Shown here in pieces: positions 10,881 to 22,500 of a stretch of 64,000 nucleotides of DNA. How positions within the stretch are numbered: position 1 is the first letter of the stretch; each line of letters begins with the position of its first letter. The notes under the pieces were generated by a model that was given only the letters and a program-made list of their open reading frames with translations, made no database searches and had not been told where the DNA came from. The stretch is taken from the NCBI GenBank assembly GCA_021735685.1, contig JAIPGN010000002.1, positions 3,183-67,182 of the forward strand, written 5' to 3'. This DNA is from Patescibacteria group bacterium. GTDB lineage: Bacteria; Patescibacteriota; Patescibacteriia; UBA2591; UBA6264. The position numbers and the translations under genes were made by a program.

Positions 10881-10923
10881 GTTACCTCCTTATTTGTAAT
10901 CAATAATAACATAATTTAAGAAA

Positions 10924-11580
10924 ATGTCAATTCAAAAAATAGATCGCCAAAACAAAAATTATCCTGAGCTTTTGGCCAAAATTTATGATCCACCCGATCA
11001 AATCTACTATCAGGGCCTTTTACAAAAACAAGAAAATTTCCCTATAGGGGTAGTCGGCACTCGCAAAATGTCTTCTTATGGCCGACAAATGACTAATTTT
11101 TTTGTGGAAAAATTAAGCCAAGCTGAAGCCACTATTATCAGCGGACTAGCCCTGGGAGTTGACGGTTTTGCCCATCAAATTGCTTTAAAAAACAAATCCC
11201 GCACTATTGCGGTTCTTGGTTCCGGCTTAAAAAAAATTTATCCCTCTCAACATCAAAAATTAGCCCAAGAAATTATCAATTCTCAAGGAGCAGTAATCAG
11301 TGAATATTCTCCTCTGACCTCACCCACTCAAAAAACTTTTCCAGCTCGCAACCGGATTATTTCTGGACTAAGCTGGGGAGTTTTAATTATAGAAGCTCCT
11401 TTACGGTCCGGAGCCCTAATCACGGCCCGCACTGCTTTGGAACAAGGTCGCGAAGTCTTTGTAATTCCGGGACGCGTCAATGATTTTAACTCAGAGGGTT
11501 GTTTAGAAATTATTAAAAAAGGCGCCTCTTTGGTCACTGACCCCCAAGAAATTATTGATACTTTTTTAAATCAGGGTTGA
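10924..11580 (+). CDS. dprA: DNA-processing protein DprA (Rossmann core only)
   Basis: VVGTRKMSSYG, SGLALGVD, FPARNRIISGLS and SGALITA motifs. Confidence 0.95.
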   Translation: MSIQKIDRQNKNYPELLAKIYDPPDQIYYQGLLQKQENFPIGVVGTRKMSSYGRQMTNFFVEKLSQAEATIISGLALGVDGFAHQIALKNKSRTIAVLGSGLKKIYPSQHQKLAQEIINSQGAVISEYSPLTSPTQKTFPARNRIISGLSWGVLIIEAPLRSGALITARTALEQGREVFVIPGRVNDFNSEGCLEIIKKGASLVTDPQEIIDTFLNQG

Positions 11581-11654
11581 CGAATTGCCATAAATAAGTA
11601 AAACTGGTTCTCAAACAATTGTTTTTTTATTTGTTTTTCAAAAAATTGTCAATT

Positions 11655-11753
11655 TTCAAAAAGCGTTAATTTTTTAACAGTTTTAAAAAAGTGACCCCAA
11701 AACCCTTTGCAGGAAAGAGTTTCAGGGACGCAAAATTTGGGGTCTGGCCCCAA
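11655..11753. repeat. REP-like element (TTGGGGTCTGGCCCCAA plus degenerate partner)
   Basis: Palindrome at 11737-11753; upstream CGTTAATTTTTTAAC is shared with the 25.9-kb element. Confidence 0.55.
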
Positions 11754-11760
11754 TTAAATT

Positions 11761-13845
11761 ATGGATTTAATTATTGTAGAGTCACCAACTAAAGCCAAAA
11801 CTATTTCCCAATTTTTAGGGAAAAATTTTGTAATTAAATCTTCTAATGGACACGTTCGGGATTTGCCCAAAAGCAAAACTGGAGTAGACACGGAAAATAA
11901 TTTTACGCCCCAATATGTTATTCCCACTAAAAAAAGAAAGTTGGTTAATGAACTAAAAAAAATCAGCCAAGAGGCTGATAATATCTATTTTGCTACTGAT
12001 GAAGACCGAGAAGGAGAAGCCATTGCTTGGCACTTAGAACAAATTTTGAAAGAAAAGAAAAAGGAAAATCAAAAATATTATCGCATCAGTTTTCATGAAA
12101 TTACTGAAGAGGCTGTAAAAAAATCTTTACAAAACCCACGAGAAATAAATCAGGGTCTAGTAAATGCTCAACAAGCCCGAAGAGTTTTAGATCGTTTAGT
12201 GGGTTATGGAATTTCTCCTTTGCTTTGGAAAAAAATATTCAAAGGTTTATCCGCTGGCCGAGTCCAATCTCCAACAGTCAAATTGATTATTGATCGCGAA
12301 AAAGAAAGAAAGAATTTTCGACCTCAAGAATACTGGACCATTAAAGCTCTTTTAAATGACCCTCAATCCCCTTTAGAAGCGCAACTCAAGAAAGAAAACA
12401 AGCATCGTTTTACTAAATTTGAAATCAATACTAAGGATAAAGCTCAGGAAATAAGCAAAAAACTAGAAAAATCAAATTTTGAAATTAAAGAAATTAGAAC
12501 TAAGGAAACTAAAAGAAAAGCTCCCTCTCCCCTAACCACTAGCATTCTTCAACAAAAAGCTAGTAATGAGTTAGGGTTTTCAGTGAAACAAACTATGTTC
12601 TTAGCTCAAAAACTTTACGAGGGAATTAAATTAGGAGATAAAAAAGCCACTGGCTTAATCACTTATCTCCGTACTGATTCCTTAAATCTTAGCGAAAAAT
12701 TTTTAAAAGAAGCTCAAGAATTTATTACCAATAAACACGGAGCTGAATTTTCCCAAACTCGCCGTTTTCAAACTAAAAGCAAGAATAGCCAAGAAGCGCA
12801 CGAAGCTATTCGTCCCACCTCAGCTTTTCGTACCCCCCTGGATTTAAAGCCGTATTTAAAAGAAAAGGAATATCGACTTTATGATCTAATCTGGAGAAGA
12901 AGTCTAGCTTCTCAAATGAAAGAAGCCATCTTAACCTCCACTGTTTTGAAAATTCAGGCCAACTCCTATCAATTAGAAGCCCGTGGCCTAAAGATAAAAT
13001 ACGCTGGATGGATGAAACTCTACCCCGAAAAACAAAAAGAAAACTTCCTTCCTGAATTTAAAACCGGCCAAAAGGTCAGATTAATTAAAGTAAAATCCGA
13101 ACAACATTTTACTGAACCACCGCCTCGCTATACTGAAGCTGGCTTAGTAAAAAAACTAGAAGAGATTGGCATTGGTCGACCCTCAACCTACGCTCCTACC
13201 ATTAGCACTGTTGAGGCCAGAAACTATGTCCAAAAAGAACAAAAAAAATTCCTTCCTACTTCTACCGGAGAATTGGTTAACGAACTTTTAGAAAAACATT
13301 TCCCTCAAATAGTAGATTATAATTTTACTGCTGAAATGGAAAAATCTTTAGATGAAATCGCTCAAGAAAAGAAAAAATACGTTACGGTGTTAGATAACTT
13401 TTATCAACCTTTTAAACAAAACCTTATGAAAAAAGAAGAAGAAATTACTAAAAAATTTGCAGACGAAAAAACTGACGAAAAATGCCCCAAATGCGGCGAG
13501 CCCTTAGTAATTAAAACAGGTCGTTTTGGACGATTCTTGGCCTGCTCTGGTTTTCCTAAATGTCGTTTTACTAAAAATGTTCAAGGAGACAAAAAAGAAA
13601 ATTCTTCTAATTTCGAAATTGGAGTTAAGTGCCCACAATGCTCCGGAGAAATTGTTAAAAAAAGAACCCGTAAAGGAAAATTTTTCTATGGCTGCTCCAA
13701 TTGGCCCAAATGCGATTTCGCCCTTTGGGACGAACCCATCAATGAACAATGCCCTCAATGTGGATCTCTTATGGTCAAATACGGAGAAAAAACTAAATGT
13801 AGCAACAAAGATTGTCCTCAAAGCCGGTTGAAGAAAGATAAATAA
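11761..13845 (+). CDS. topA: DNA topoisomerase I with C-terminal zinc ribbons
   Basis: IVESPTKAKTI, ATDEDREGE, SAGRVQS and GLITYLRTDS motifs; C4 zinc fingers. Confidence 0.98.
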   Translation: MDLIIVESPTKAKTISQFLGKNFVIKSSNGHVRDLPKSKTGVDTENNFTPQYVIPTKKRKLVNELKKISQEADNIYFATDEDREGEAIAWHLEQILKEKKKENQKYYRISFHEITEEAVKKSLQNPREINQGLVNAQQARRVLDRLVGYGISPLLWKKIFKGLSAGRVQSPTVKLIIDREKERKNFRPQEYWTIKALLNDPQSPLEAQLKKENKHRFTKFEINTKDKAQEISKKLEKSNFEIKEIRTKETKRKAPSPLTTSILQQKASNELGFSVKQTMFLAQKLYEGIKLGDKKATGLITYLRTDSLNLSEKFLKEAQEFITNKHGAEFSQTRRFQTKSKNSQEAHEAIRPTSAFRTPLDLKPYLKEKEYRLYDLIWRRSLASQMKEAILTSTVLKIQANSYQLEARGLKIKYAGWMKLYPEKQKENFLPEFKTGQKVRLIKVKSEQHFTEPPPRYTEAGLVKKLEEIGIGRPSTYAPTISTVEARNYVQKEQKKFLPTSTGELVNELLEKHFPQIVDYNFTAEMEKSLDEIAQEKKKYVTVLDNFYQPFKQNLMKKEEEITKKFADEKTDEKCPKCGEPLVIKTGRFGRFLACSGFPKCRFTKNVQGDKKENSSNFEIGVKCPQCSGEIVKKRTRKGKFFYGCSNWPKCDFALWDEPINEQCPQCGSLMVKYGEKTKCSNKDCPQSRLKKDK

Positions 13846-13870
13846 TTTGCTATCATAATGACATCACCTT

Positions 13871-13954
13871 GCCGCTGTGGTGGAATTGGTAGACACGTGG
13901 CACTCAAAATGCCATGAGCGCAAGTTCGTGTCGGTTCGAGTCCGACCAGCGGCA
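13871..13954 (+). tRNA. tRNA-Leu(CAA)
   Basis: Acceptor stem GCCGCTG/CAGCGGC; anticodon arm TGGCA-CTCAAAA-TGCCA; long variable arm; GGTTCGAGTCC T-arm. Confidence 0.95.
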
Positions 13955-13982
13955 CCTTTAAAGATTAAATAATTTAAAAAAT

Positions 13983-14276
13983 ATGGCTAAAAAAGATATT
14001 CACCCTCAATATTATCCACAAGCTACTATTACCTGCTCTTGTGGCGCTAAATTTGTAGCTGGGTCTACTCACAAAAAAACGGAAGTAGAAATTTGTTCCC
14101 AATGCCATCCTCTTTATACGGGTAAACAAAAATTTATTGATACTGCCGGAAGACTAGAAAGATTTGAAAAAATGATGAAAAAGTCAAAAGACTTAAAAGA
14201 ATCAACAAAAGCAAGAAAAAAAGCAAACAAGCAAAAAGAAGATAAAAAGAAAAAAAGTAAAAAGAAAGAAAATTAG
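13983..14276 (+). CDS. rpmE: 50S ribosomal protein L31 (zinc-binding type) with a basic C-terminal tail
   Basis: KKDIHP, CSCG and [12 protein letters not shown] motifs. Confidence 0.96.
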   Translation: MAKKDIHPQYYPQATITCSCGAKFVAGSTHKKTEVEICSQCHPLYTGKQKFIDTAGRLERFEKMMKKSKDLKESTKARKKANKQKEDKKKKSKKKEN

Positions 14277-14303
14277 CTATGTACGAGGTTCGACCTCGTA
14301 CAT
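14276..14303. repeat. 25-bp REP-like palindrome (ATGTACGAGGTTCGACCTCGTACAT)
   Basis: 14276-14303 is the exact reverse complement of 52593-52620. Confidence 0.85.
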
Positions 14304-14347
14304 ATTTCTAATTTACTTTTAGTCAGGGAGTCAATAAATCACAAATT

Positions 14348-15388
14348 ATGGAAGAAAATAAGGAAATTAAAAAAAAGTTAGAAGAACTAGAAAAAGAATT
14401 GCAAAAACCAGAAATATTTAATAATCCAGAAAAATTAAAAAATATTTCCCGTGAATACAATGAGCTCAAAAACTATCTAGCTCGCCTCAATCAATTATCA
14501 GAAATTAATCACAAAATTTTCAAGACCGAAAAAATGCTCAATCAAGGAGAAGAACCAGAAATGCAAGAGATGATTAAAGAAGAAATCAAAAAACTCAAAG
14601 AAAAAAAACAAATTATAGAAAAAGGTCTTGAACCGGAAAAGGAAACCGACCCCCTTATGAAAAAAAACGCAATTCTGGAAATTAGAGCTGGTACTGGCGG
14701 AGATGAAGCCAGTATTTTTGCTGCTGATCTTTTTCGAATGTACTCCCGCTTTGCGGAAAAGATGAATTGGAAAATAAAAATTATATCTTCTCACCCTACT
14801 AGTTTGAATGGCTTTAAAGAAATAATCTTTGAGCTTCGGGGAAAAAACGCTTACCAGTTATTAAAAAAAGAAAGCGGAGTGCATCGAGTTCAACGCATTC
14901 CGGAAACAGAAAAAAGTGGCCGAATTCACACCTCTGCTGCCTCAGTAGTGGTTTTGCCTGAAGCCAAGAAAATAGATGTAGAGATTAATAATAAAGATTT
15001 AAAAATAGATCACTTTCGTGCTTCTGGTCATGGAGGACAAAATGTACAAAAAAATGAAACCGCGGTACGTATCACCCATTTACCTACTAATATAGTCGCA
15101 TCCTGTCAAGACGAAAGAAATCAATTACAAAACAAAGAAAGAGCTCTAACTATTCTCCGTTCCCGTTTGCTAGCCAAAAGAGAAGAAGAAAAAACTAAAA
15201 ATTTAAAAGAAAAACGCCAATCCCATATTGGAAGTGGCGATCGTTCTGAAAAAATCAGAACTTATAATTTTCCCCAAGATCGAGTTACTGATCATCGTAT
15301 TCCGAAATCTTGGCACGGATTAGAACAAATTATGGACGGTCACATAGAAGATATTATCAACTTTTTGCAAGCCGAAGAAAAAGACTAA
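14348..15388 (+). CDS. prfA: Peptide chain release factor 1
   Basis: [23 protein letters not shown] and [15 protein letters not shown] motifs. Confidence 0.97.
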   Translation: MEENKEIKKKLEELEKELQKPEIFNNPEKLKNISREYNELKNYLARLNQLSEINHKIFKTEKMLNQGEEPEMQEMIKEEIKKLKEKKQIIEKGLEPEKETDPLMKKNAILEIRAGTGGDEASIFAADLFRMYSRFAEKMNWKIKIISSHPTSLNGFKEIIFELRGKNAYQLLKKESGVHRVQRIPETEKSGRIHTSAASVVVLPEAKKIDVEINNKDLKIDHFRASGHGGQNVQKNETAVRITHLPTNIVASCQDERNQLQNKERALTILRSRLLAKREEEKTKNLKEKRQSHIGSGDRSEKIRTYNFPQDRVTDHRIPKSWHGLEQIMDGHIEDIINFLQAEEKD

Positions 15389-16422
15389 TAATAGATTTTC
15401 TGTTCTGGACTAACAATTTCTACCCAAAGAGAACCGGGTAGAAATTTTATTTTTTCACCTTGGGGACCATAAAAAAAGGTACGATTTAAATTAGAGTCTT
15501 TAGCCCAAGATCCTTTTTTGATTTTTCCTTCTTGGAAAATCAAAGCCTCTCCTTGTCCCTGAGTTTCAATCTGAAGGCGACCAATCTGATCAATGACCTT
15601 AATTGTTGTTTTTTGAATAACGATATTAGGAGATTGGACAATCTTTCCCCTTTCATCTAAAAAAGGATCTCCTCCTTGATAGCGAAGATAAGATTTCCTC
15701 TTTTGGTCAAATTGCCAAATCACTGGATCTTGATAATTAATTTTAAGAATCAAGGCTTCTAAATCTTGCCCAGAAGGTGATTCTTGTTCTAAAATATCCC
15801 TTCTCTCCCATTCAATAAATTTTTCGCTAACTGAATCCGGCCACTTCTTGCGCTCTAAACATTCTTCAATAGAGGCTGGTAAAATGTATAAATTATGAGG
15901 GCTATTTCTTTCCCCGTCTCGCCAAAAATAAACACCATCACCGCTTAATTCGTCTAAATTGTAAAAGTCATAAGAGCCTTCTTTGATTTGACTTAAAGCT
16001 TGAGGACTACCTCCGGCGTGAATAAAAAGGCCCAAATACTCTTCCGCCCAATCAGCTAAATAAGGGCGAGCTGAACGCACTGGTCCTATTTTCAGAGGCC
16101 AATTCTCTTGATTAAAAATTGCCAACAATCTAGTAATATCACCCTCTACCGGAACCTCGTAAACCACTTGAGCTTGATTAATTCCCGCTAAAGGACGAGC
16201 AGAAAATAGATTATCAATAACCACAGCTACTGGCATCTTTTGATATTCAAGCACCTCTTCTTTTTCTTCTTCCAGTAAAATCAAATCTTCTACATCAAAC
16301 TCCTCAAGTTCAATCTCATTCTCTTCCTCTGGAACAATTTCTGAAGGATTCAATAATTGACAGCCACTCAACAACAAAACAAAGAGAAAGAAAAAAGAAA
16401 TTTTATAATACCACTTAATCAT
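15385..16422 (-). CDS. DUF3048-family lipoprotein
   Basis: LSGC lipobox; [19 protein letters not shown] and PHNLY motifs. Confidence 0.85.
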   Translation of the reverse strand: MIKWYYKISFFFLFVLLLSGCQLLNPSEIVPEEENEIELEEFDVEDLILLEEEKEEVLEYQKMPVAVVIDNLFSARPLAGINQAQVVYEVPVEGDITRLLAIFNQENWPLKIGPVRSARPYLADWAEEYLGLFIHAGGSPQALSQIKEGSYDFYNLDELSGDGVYFWRDGERNSPHNLYILPASIEECLERKKWPDSVSEKFIEWERRDILEQESPSGQDLEALILKINYQDPVIWQFDQKRKSYLRYQGGDPFLDERGKIVQSPNIVIQKTTIKVIDQIGRLQIETQGQGEALIFQEGKIKKGSWAKDSNLNRTFFYGPQGEKIKFLPGSLWVEIVSPEQKIYY

Positions 16423-16442
16423 ATATTCTACTTAGCTATTTT

Positions 16443-17138
16443 TTACTTACCTTTATTTTGTCCCTCTTCCGATTCAGAAGTCTTTTGATCACCCTCGGTC
16501 TCTTTCTTGTCCTCTTCACCAACTACTCCTACTTCAGCAACTCCTGCTTCTTCTTCTGCGGCTAAATCTTCTTCCTCTTCCTTCTCTTCTTGTGGAGCCT
16601 TAACTGCTACCACTGAAGCTTCGGGCTCAGAAAGAGATTTAATAGTAGACGGTAAATTTAAATCTTGAACACGAATAACATCATTAATATTTTCTAATTG
16701 ACTTAAGTCTACTTCAATATTACGAATCAAATCTCGCAGCAAACACTCTATTTCTATTTTGTCTAACTCATGAATCAAAATCCCCCCTTCCTCTTTGACT
16801 GCTGGTGATTCTCCTACAAATTCTAATTCAACTTCCACCACAATCTTTTCTCCTTCTTTAATTTGATAAAAATCAATGTGCTCAATATTGCCAGTAAGGG
16901 GATGATATTGAAGGTCGTGAATCAAAACCTTTTTCTCTGACTGACCCTCTATTTTCAAGTCAACCAAAGTACTTTCTCCGGCCTCTTCTAAAACTTTTTT
17001 AAAATCAGAAGCAGAAACTTGAATGGGTAAAGATTCAATTCCATGTCCATAAATTACGCCAGGGACAATATTGTCCTCTCTTAATCTTTTTGTTTTTTTG
17101 CCCATAATTTCACGGGACTGAGCTTTTAATTCTAACAT
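16443..17138 (-). CDS. rplY: 50S ribosomal protein L25/Ctc
   Basis: VPGVIYGHG and HIDFY motifs; Ctc C-domain and acidic tail. Confidence 0.95.
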   Translation of the reverse strand: MLELKAQSREIMGKKTKRLREDNIVPGVIYGHGIESLPIQVSASDFKKVLEEAGESTLVDLKIEGQSEKKVLIHDLQYHPLTGNIEHIDFYQIKEGEKIVVEVELEFVGESPAVKEEGGILIHELDKIEIECLLRDLIRNIEVDLSQLENINDVIRVQDLNLPSTIKSLSEPEASVVAVKAPQEEKEEEEDLAAEEEAGVAEVGVVGEEDKKETEGDQKTSESEEGQNKGK

Positions 17139-17171
17139 AAGAAAATAAAATTTATATTTTTTAACTATTTT

Positions 17172-18314
17172 TTATTCACCTTTTCCAACTAACATAAAAC
17201 CCTCTTGATCCAAATTATTAAGGGGCCGAGAAAACGGTTGATGACGCAAAACGCTTTCCACTAAACCTAAACAAATTAAACTAATTAATAAAGAACTTCC
17301 TCCATAACTAATCAAGGGTAAAGGAAGGCCCACTACCGGAGCAACTCCTAGGTTCATACCCACGTTAATTAACATTTGGAAAGAAAAATAAATCATCACC
17401 CCGCAAACCAAAACTAAACTAAAATTTCCGTAAACTTGACGAGCAATTCGTACCAATCTTGCTAAAAAAAGGAAATAAACCAGTAAAAAGAAAAGTCCAC
17501 CCAACAAACCGAACTCTTCTCCTAGAACTGCAAAAATAAAATCAGTGCCTGAATCAGGTAAAAATTTTAGCTGACTCTGCGTTCCTAGGGCAAAACCTCT
17601 GCCCCAAAATTGTCCAGAACCAACAGCAATAACCGATTGATTCACCTGGTAACCGCTTTTTAAAACATCACGAGATGGTTGCAAAAGAGTTAAAACTCTA
17701 TCTTTTTGATAATCCTCAAAAATAAAAAACCAAGCTAAAGAAGCAATAAGAATAAAAATTAAGAGCAAAGAAAGAAAATGCTTCTTATTGCTATCCACCA
17801 GAAAAAGGACGCCCAGCCAAATTAAAACAATTGTAATTGCTGATCCAAAATCAGGTTGACGAGCAATCAAAAGAAATAAAGGAGCAATCAAAAGAAAACT
17901 ATAAAGAACATGTTTTATTTTTACAGGAGCTGGAGCTTTTTGCCAGAACTTGGCTAAAATAATAATAGTGGCTAGCTTAGCTAATTCAGCTGGCTGAAAA
18001 TTGAAAAATCCGAAATCTAACCAGCCACTTGTTCCCCTTAAAGACTTACCTAAAAATAAAACCAGAATTAAGAGAATTAAAGAAAGAAGATAAATGAAAA
18101 AAGCCGTAGCCTTAATAAAACGAAAATCAATCAAATAAACTAAGCCAAAAAAAAGGAAACCGATCAGAACGAAAATAAGGTGACGCGAAAAACTGACACC
18201 AGTTCCAGCAAAAGAAAGACTATATTGCAAAACCAAACCAATCACTACCAACAGAAAAACTAAAATAAATAAAGTAAAATCAAAAGATTTTATTTTCGGC
18301 AAATTAATGCTCAT
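17172..18314 (-). CDS. rodA: SEDS family protein RodA
   Basis: FQPAELAK, QPDFGS, TDFIFAVLGEEFG and PLISYGGSS motifs. Confidence 0.9.
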   Translation of the reverse strand: MSINLPKIKSFDFTLFILVFLLVVIGLVLQYSLSFAGTGVSFSRHLIFVLIGFLFFGLVYLIDFRFIKATAFFIYLLSLILLILVLFLGKSLRGTSGWLDFGFFNFQPAELAKLATIIILAKFWQKAPAPVKIKHVLYSFLLIAPLFLLIARQPDFGSAITIVLIWLGVLFLVDSNKKHFLSLLLIFILIASLAWFFIFEDYQKDRVLTLLQPSRDVLKSGYQVNQSVIAVGSGQFWGRGFALGTQSQLKFLPDSGTDFIFAVLGEEFGLLGGLFFLLVYFLFLARLVRIARQVYGNFSLVLVCGVMIYFSFQMLINVGMNLGVAPVVGLPLPLISYGGSSLLISLICLGLVESVLRHQPFSRPLNNLDQEGFMLVGKGE

Positions 18315-19158
18315 ACAAAGGAGAAATAAAGACTTCCGGATCTAAAAGATCAATTTCCGGCTTAATTTTAATCTGCTTAAAATCAGGAATTAAGGGCCAA
18401 TTTAAATAAAGATCTTTCTCTTCTAATGATTTCCATTGATTCAAAGATAAAATATTAAGCCCAACTAAATTAAGGTCCTTCTCTAAAGCTATCACAAATT
18501 TAGTTTCCCAAAGATCATAAATAGAATTATTTTTAGCCTTAAAAGAAATTTGCGGCAAAATCTTTCCTTCAGAATCAGATCGTAAATAGCTAAAATCAAT
18601 ATCTTTTATTTCCAACTGTTCCAAAGTAGACAATTTTTCTTTTTCAGGCGACCGAAGTCTCTGCCAAGACACCCGAGAAATAAAAAATTCAATCTCTTTG
18701 GCTTTAAATGGCAAAGAATGACCTAAATTAAAAAGGTATTTCTTTTCTTGAGGATCAACAAAAGAAGAAGCAGGAGGAGTTTTTTCAGAACCATTAATTA
18801 AAAAATAATATTCAATATAAACCCGCCAATCTAAATTAGGATTAAAAACCGTAGCCACTAAATCATATTGGTTTTCGCCAGGACGAGCCTGAATAATTGT
18901 GAGAGCATCAATATTTAAATCTTGTGGAGAAAAATGTTCTTGAAAAGATAAATAGTCAATACGATCCTTGCTTAATTCTTCTAAATTCGTTAAATAATTC
19001 TCCTTTAATTTGAAATAAAGAAAGCCTTGATAAAGAATAATAGCCAAAAAAACAAAATTAACCAAAACCAAGCTCCAAAGCAAAAATCGATAAAGCTTTT
19101 GCTTGTTTCGCAAATACCATTTGCCATAGCGTAATTGTTGATCAGTTAAATCAGTCAT
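18304..19158 (-). CDS. Hypothetical membrane-anchored protein
   Basis: Single N-terminal TM followed by a beta-rich domain. Confidence 0.7.
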   Translation of the reverse strand: MTDLTDQQLRYGKWYLRNKQKLYRFLLWSLVLVNFVFLAIILYQGFLYFKLKENYLTNLEELSKDRIDYLSFQEHFSPQDLNIDALTIIQARPGENQYDLVATVFNPNLDWRVYIEYYFLINGSEKTPPASSFVDPQEKKYLFNLGHSLPFKAKEIEFFISRVSWQRLRSPEKEKLSTLEQLEIKDIDFSYLRSDSEGKILPQISFKAKNNSIYDLWETKFVIALEKDLNLVGLNILSLNQWKSLEEKDLYLNWPLIPDFKQIKIKPEIDLLDPEVFISPLYEH

Positions 19159-19231
19159 TTGATATTTTTAACATATCTGTTAAAATGTATTATACAAGAT
19201 TTAGATGAATAAGTAAATAATTATTTAAAAT

Positions 19232-19498
19232 ATGGACATTCAAAATTTTTTCTACACAGTAGCTAGCATTTCCATTGTTTTGGTGGGAATTCTATCTTTT
19301 ATTCTTCTTTTAGTCATTATTTTGGCAGCCATCCAATTGTTTAAATTTTCTAAAAACTTAAATCGAGTCTCCCGAAGAGGTGAAGAAATTCTAGAGAAAA
19401 TTAAAAACAAAGCCAATTTTCTTGTTTTTTTCTCTTTTTTAAAACATCTTTTCTTCAATTTACTTAACTCCAAGCAAGAAAAAAAGAAAAAGAAATAA
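19232..19498 (+). CDS. Small membrane protein
   Basis: 88-aa ORF with an N-terminal TM helix filling the intergenic space. Confidence 0.65.
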   Translation: MDIQNFFYTVASISIVLVGILSFILLLVIILAAIQLFKFSKNLNRVSRRGEEILEKIKNKANFLVFFSFLKHLFFNLLNSKQEKKKKK

Positions 19499-19559
19499 TA
19501 GCTTAAAAAACATTTTGTTATTCTCGTTTATTTAAATTAATCTAAAATTTGAATTCATC

Positions 19560-22500
19560 ATGTCATTTGTCCATCTCCATCTTCATAGCCACTACTCTTT
19601 GTTAGACGGCCTACCCAAGGTAGACGAAATTATCGCCGAAGCCAAAAAACAAAAAATGAAAGCAGTGGCTCTCACTGACCACGGAGTTATGTATGGTGCT
19701 ATCGAATTTTACCAAAAAGCCAAAGCCAATAACATCAAACCTATTATTGGTATGGAGGCCTATTTAGCCCCTCATGGCCTAGCTAATAAAAGAGGAAAAA
19801 TAGATGAGAAGCCCTTTCATTTAGTCCTTTTGGCTCAAAATAATAAAGGATATCAAAATTTAATAAAATTAAATAGCATCGCCCACCTTCAAGGTTTTTA
19901 TTACAAGCCTCGCTTAGACAAAAATATTCTTAAGCAACATTCCGAAGGATTAATCGCTCTGAGCGCTTGCTTGCAGGGAGAAATTCCCCGTTTAATCATC
20001 AATAATCAAACCAAAGAAGCTGAAAATTCTCTTCAAGAATATCAAAAAATATTTGGAGAGAATTTTTATTTAGAAGTACAAGATCACCCCAACTTGAGTG
20101 AACAAAAGACAGTAAATAAAATTATTTTTAAATTAGCAAAAAAATATAAAGTGGGTTTAGTGGCTACTAATGATGTTCATTACATAAAACCAGAAGACGA
20201 CGAAATTCAAGACGTTCTTCTTTGCGTTCAAACCAAACGAAAAAAAAATGACTCTGATCGTCTTTCAATGGTTGGTAATGATTTTTCTTTTCGCTCCGAA
20301 GAAAAAATGAAAGAAAGCTTTAAAGACCATCCCGAGGCTATCACCAACACGGAAAAAATCGCTGATTCTTGCTCTGTAGAAATTAAATTTGGCGAAAATA
20401 AACTTCCCTACTTTCCTTTACCAGAAAAAGAAAATGCTGATCAATTTTTAAAAGAATTCTGTTTAAGTAAAATTAAAGAGCGTTACGGAAAAAAAACCAA
20501 AGCAGTTACAGAGAGATTAGAAAAAGAATTAAACGTAATTCGTAAAACCGGATTTGCTGGCTATTTTTTAATTGTTCAAGATTTTGTCAATTGGGCTAAA
20601 ACTAATAATATCGTAGTCGGTCCAGGAAGAGGTTCGGCAGCTGGTTCTATTGTTTCTTACTTACTTAATATTACTAACATCGATCCATTGAAATACGATT
20701 TAATCTTTGAACGTTTTCTAAACGAAGATCGTATTAACATGCCTGATATTGATTTAGATTTTACTGACAAAAGACGAGACGAAGTTTTGCAATACATTGA
20801 AGAAAAATATGGCCAAGATCATGTTTCTCAAATCATTACTTTTGGAACCATGGCCGCCCGAGCGGCCATTAGAGATGTGGGTCGAGTCTTAGATTGCCCT
20901 TATTCTTTTTGTGATCGTTTAGCCAAGACCGTTCCCTTTGGCTTTAAATTAAAAAAAGCACTGGCAAGCAACCAAGAACTAAAAAAATTATACGAACAAG
21001 AGCCTGAAGCTAAAAAAATAATTGATATTGCTCAAAAAATTGAAGGAGTAATTCGACACGCTTCTAAACACGCCTGCGGTCTTTTGATTACGCCCTTACC
21101 TTTAACTGCATATGTGCCCGTGCAATATGATGTCTCTGGGCAAGAAAAAACAGTAATTTCTCAATACGACATGTATGCCGTGGAAAAATTAGGCCTTTTA
21201 AAAGTAGATCTTTTGGGGCTTAAAAATTTAAGCATCATTGAAACTGCTCTAAAAATTATTGAGCGCACCAAAGGCGATGAAATTGATGTCAATAAAGTTC
21301 CTTTAACCGATAAAAAAACCTTTAAACTTCTTCAAAAAGCACAAACTGAAGGAGTCTTTCAATTAGAGTCTGCTGGCATGCAGAAAAATCTCAAAAAGCT
21401 AAAACCGACTTGTTTTGAAGATATTATTGCTATGGTTTCCCTTTATCGACCCGGTCCCATGGAACTTATTCCAGATTACATTGCTCGTAAAAAGGGGCAA
21501 AGAAAAATTAACTATCTTCATCCAAAACTAAAGCCAATCCTAGAAAACACTTACGGTATTGCTATTTATCAGGAACAGATTTTGCGCATTGTGCGCGACT
21601 TAGCAGGCTTTTCTTTGGCAGAAGCAGATGTTTTACGAAAAGCAGTTGGGAAAAAAATAAATAAACTTCTTCAAGAGCAAAAAGAAAAATTCATTCAGGG
21701 TTGTCAAAAAAATAAAATACCCAAAGCAACTGCCCAAAAAGTTTTTGCCTTTATTGAGCCTTTTGCCCGTTATGGATTTAACCGTAGTCACGCTACTTGC
21801 TATGCCACCATCGCCTATCAAACTGCCTATCTTAAAGCTCATTATCCCACGGAATTTGTAGCAGCCCTTCTTTGCGCTGACCAGAATAATATTGATAAGA
21901 TCACAACTGAAATCAAAGCCGCCGAACAAATGGGCATTGAAATTCTTCCGCCAAACATCAACGAAAGTTTTAAAGATTTCACTGTAGTGGAAGAGAATAA
22001 AATAAGATTTGGGCTCTTGGCTATCAAAAACGTAGGCCAAGGGATATCAGAAACCGTGATTAAGGAAAGAAAAAAACATGGTGATTTTCAAAGTTTAGAA
22101 GATTTTCTAGGTCGCATTCACTCTAAAGATATGAATAAGAAATCTTTAGAAAGTTTAATTAAAAGTGGAGCTCTAGATATGCTAGGAGAAAGAAACCAAA
22201 TGTTGAATAACATTGAGACTCTTTTAGATTTTTCTCGCAAAAAACAAAAAGATAAAGCCAATGGACAAAGTACTCTTTTTGGCATGATTACATCTAGCGA
22301 TAACCAAATTAATAATCTTAATCTTAGGAATACTGCTCCAGCCAAAAGAGAAAAAAAATTACTCTGGGAAAAAGAACTTTTAGGGCTTTTTGTTTCCGAA
22401 CACCCCCTCAAAGAATACGAAAGCCTTCTTCAAAAGTACGCCACTCCAATCATAGAATTAGAAAATCAAAATTCCTCTCGAAAGATAAAGGTAGTCGGAA

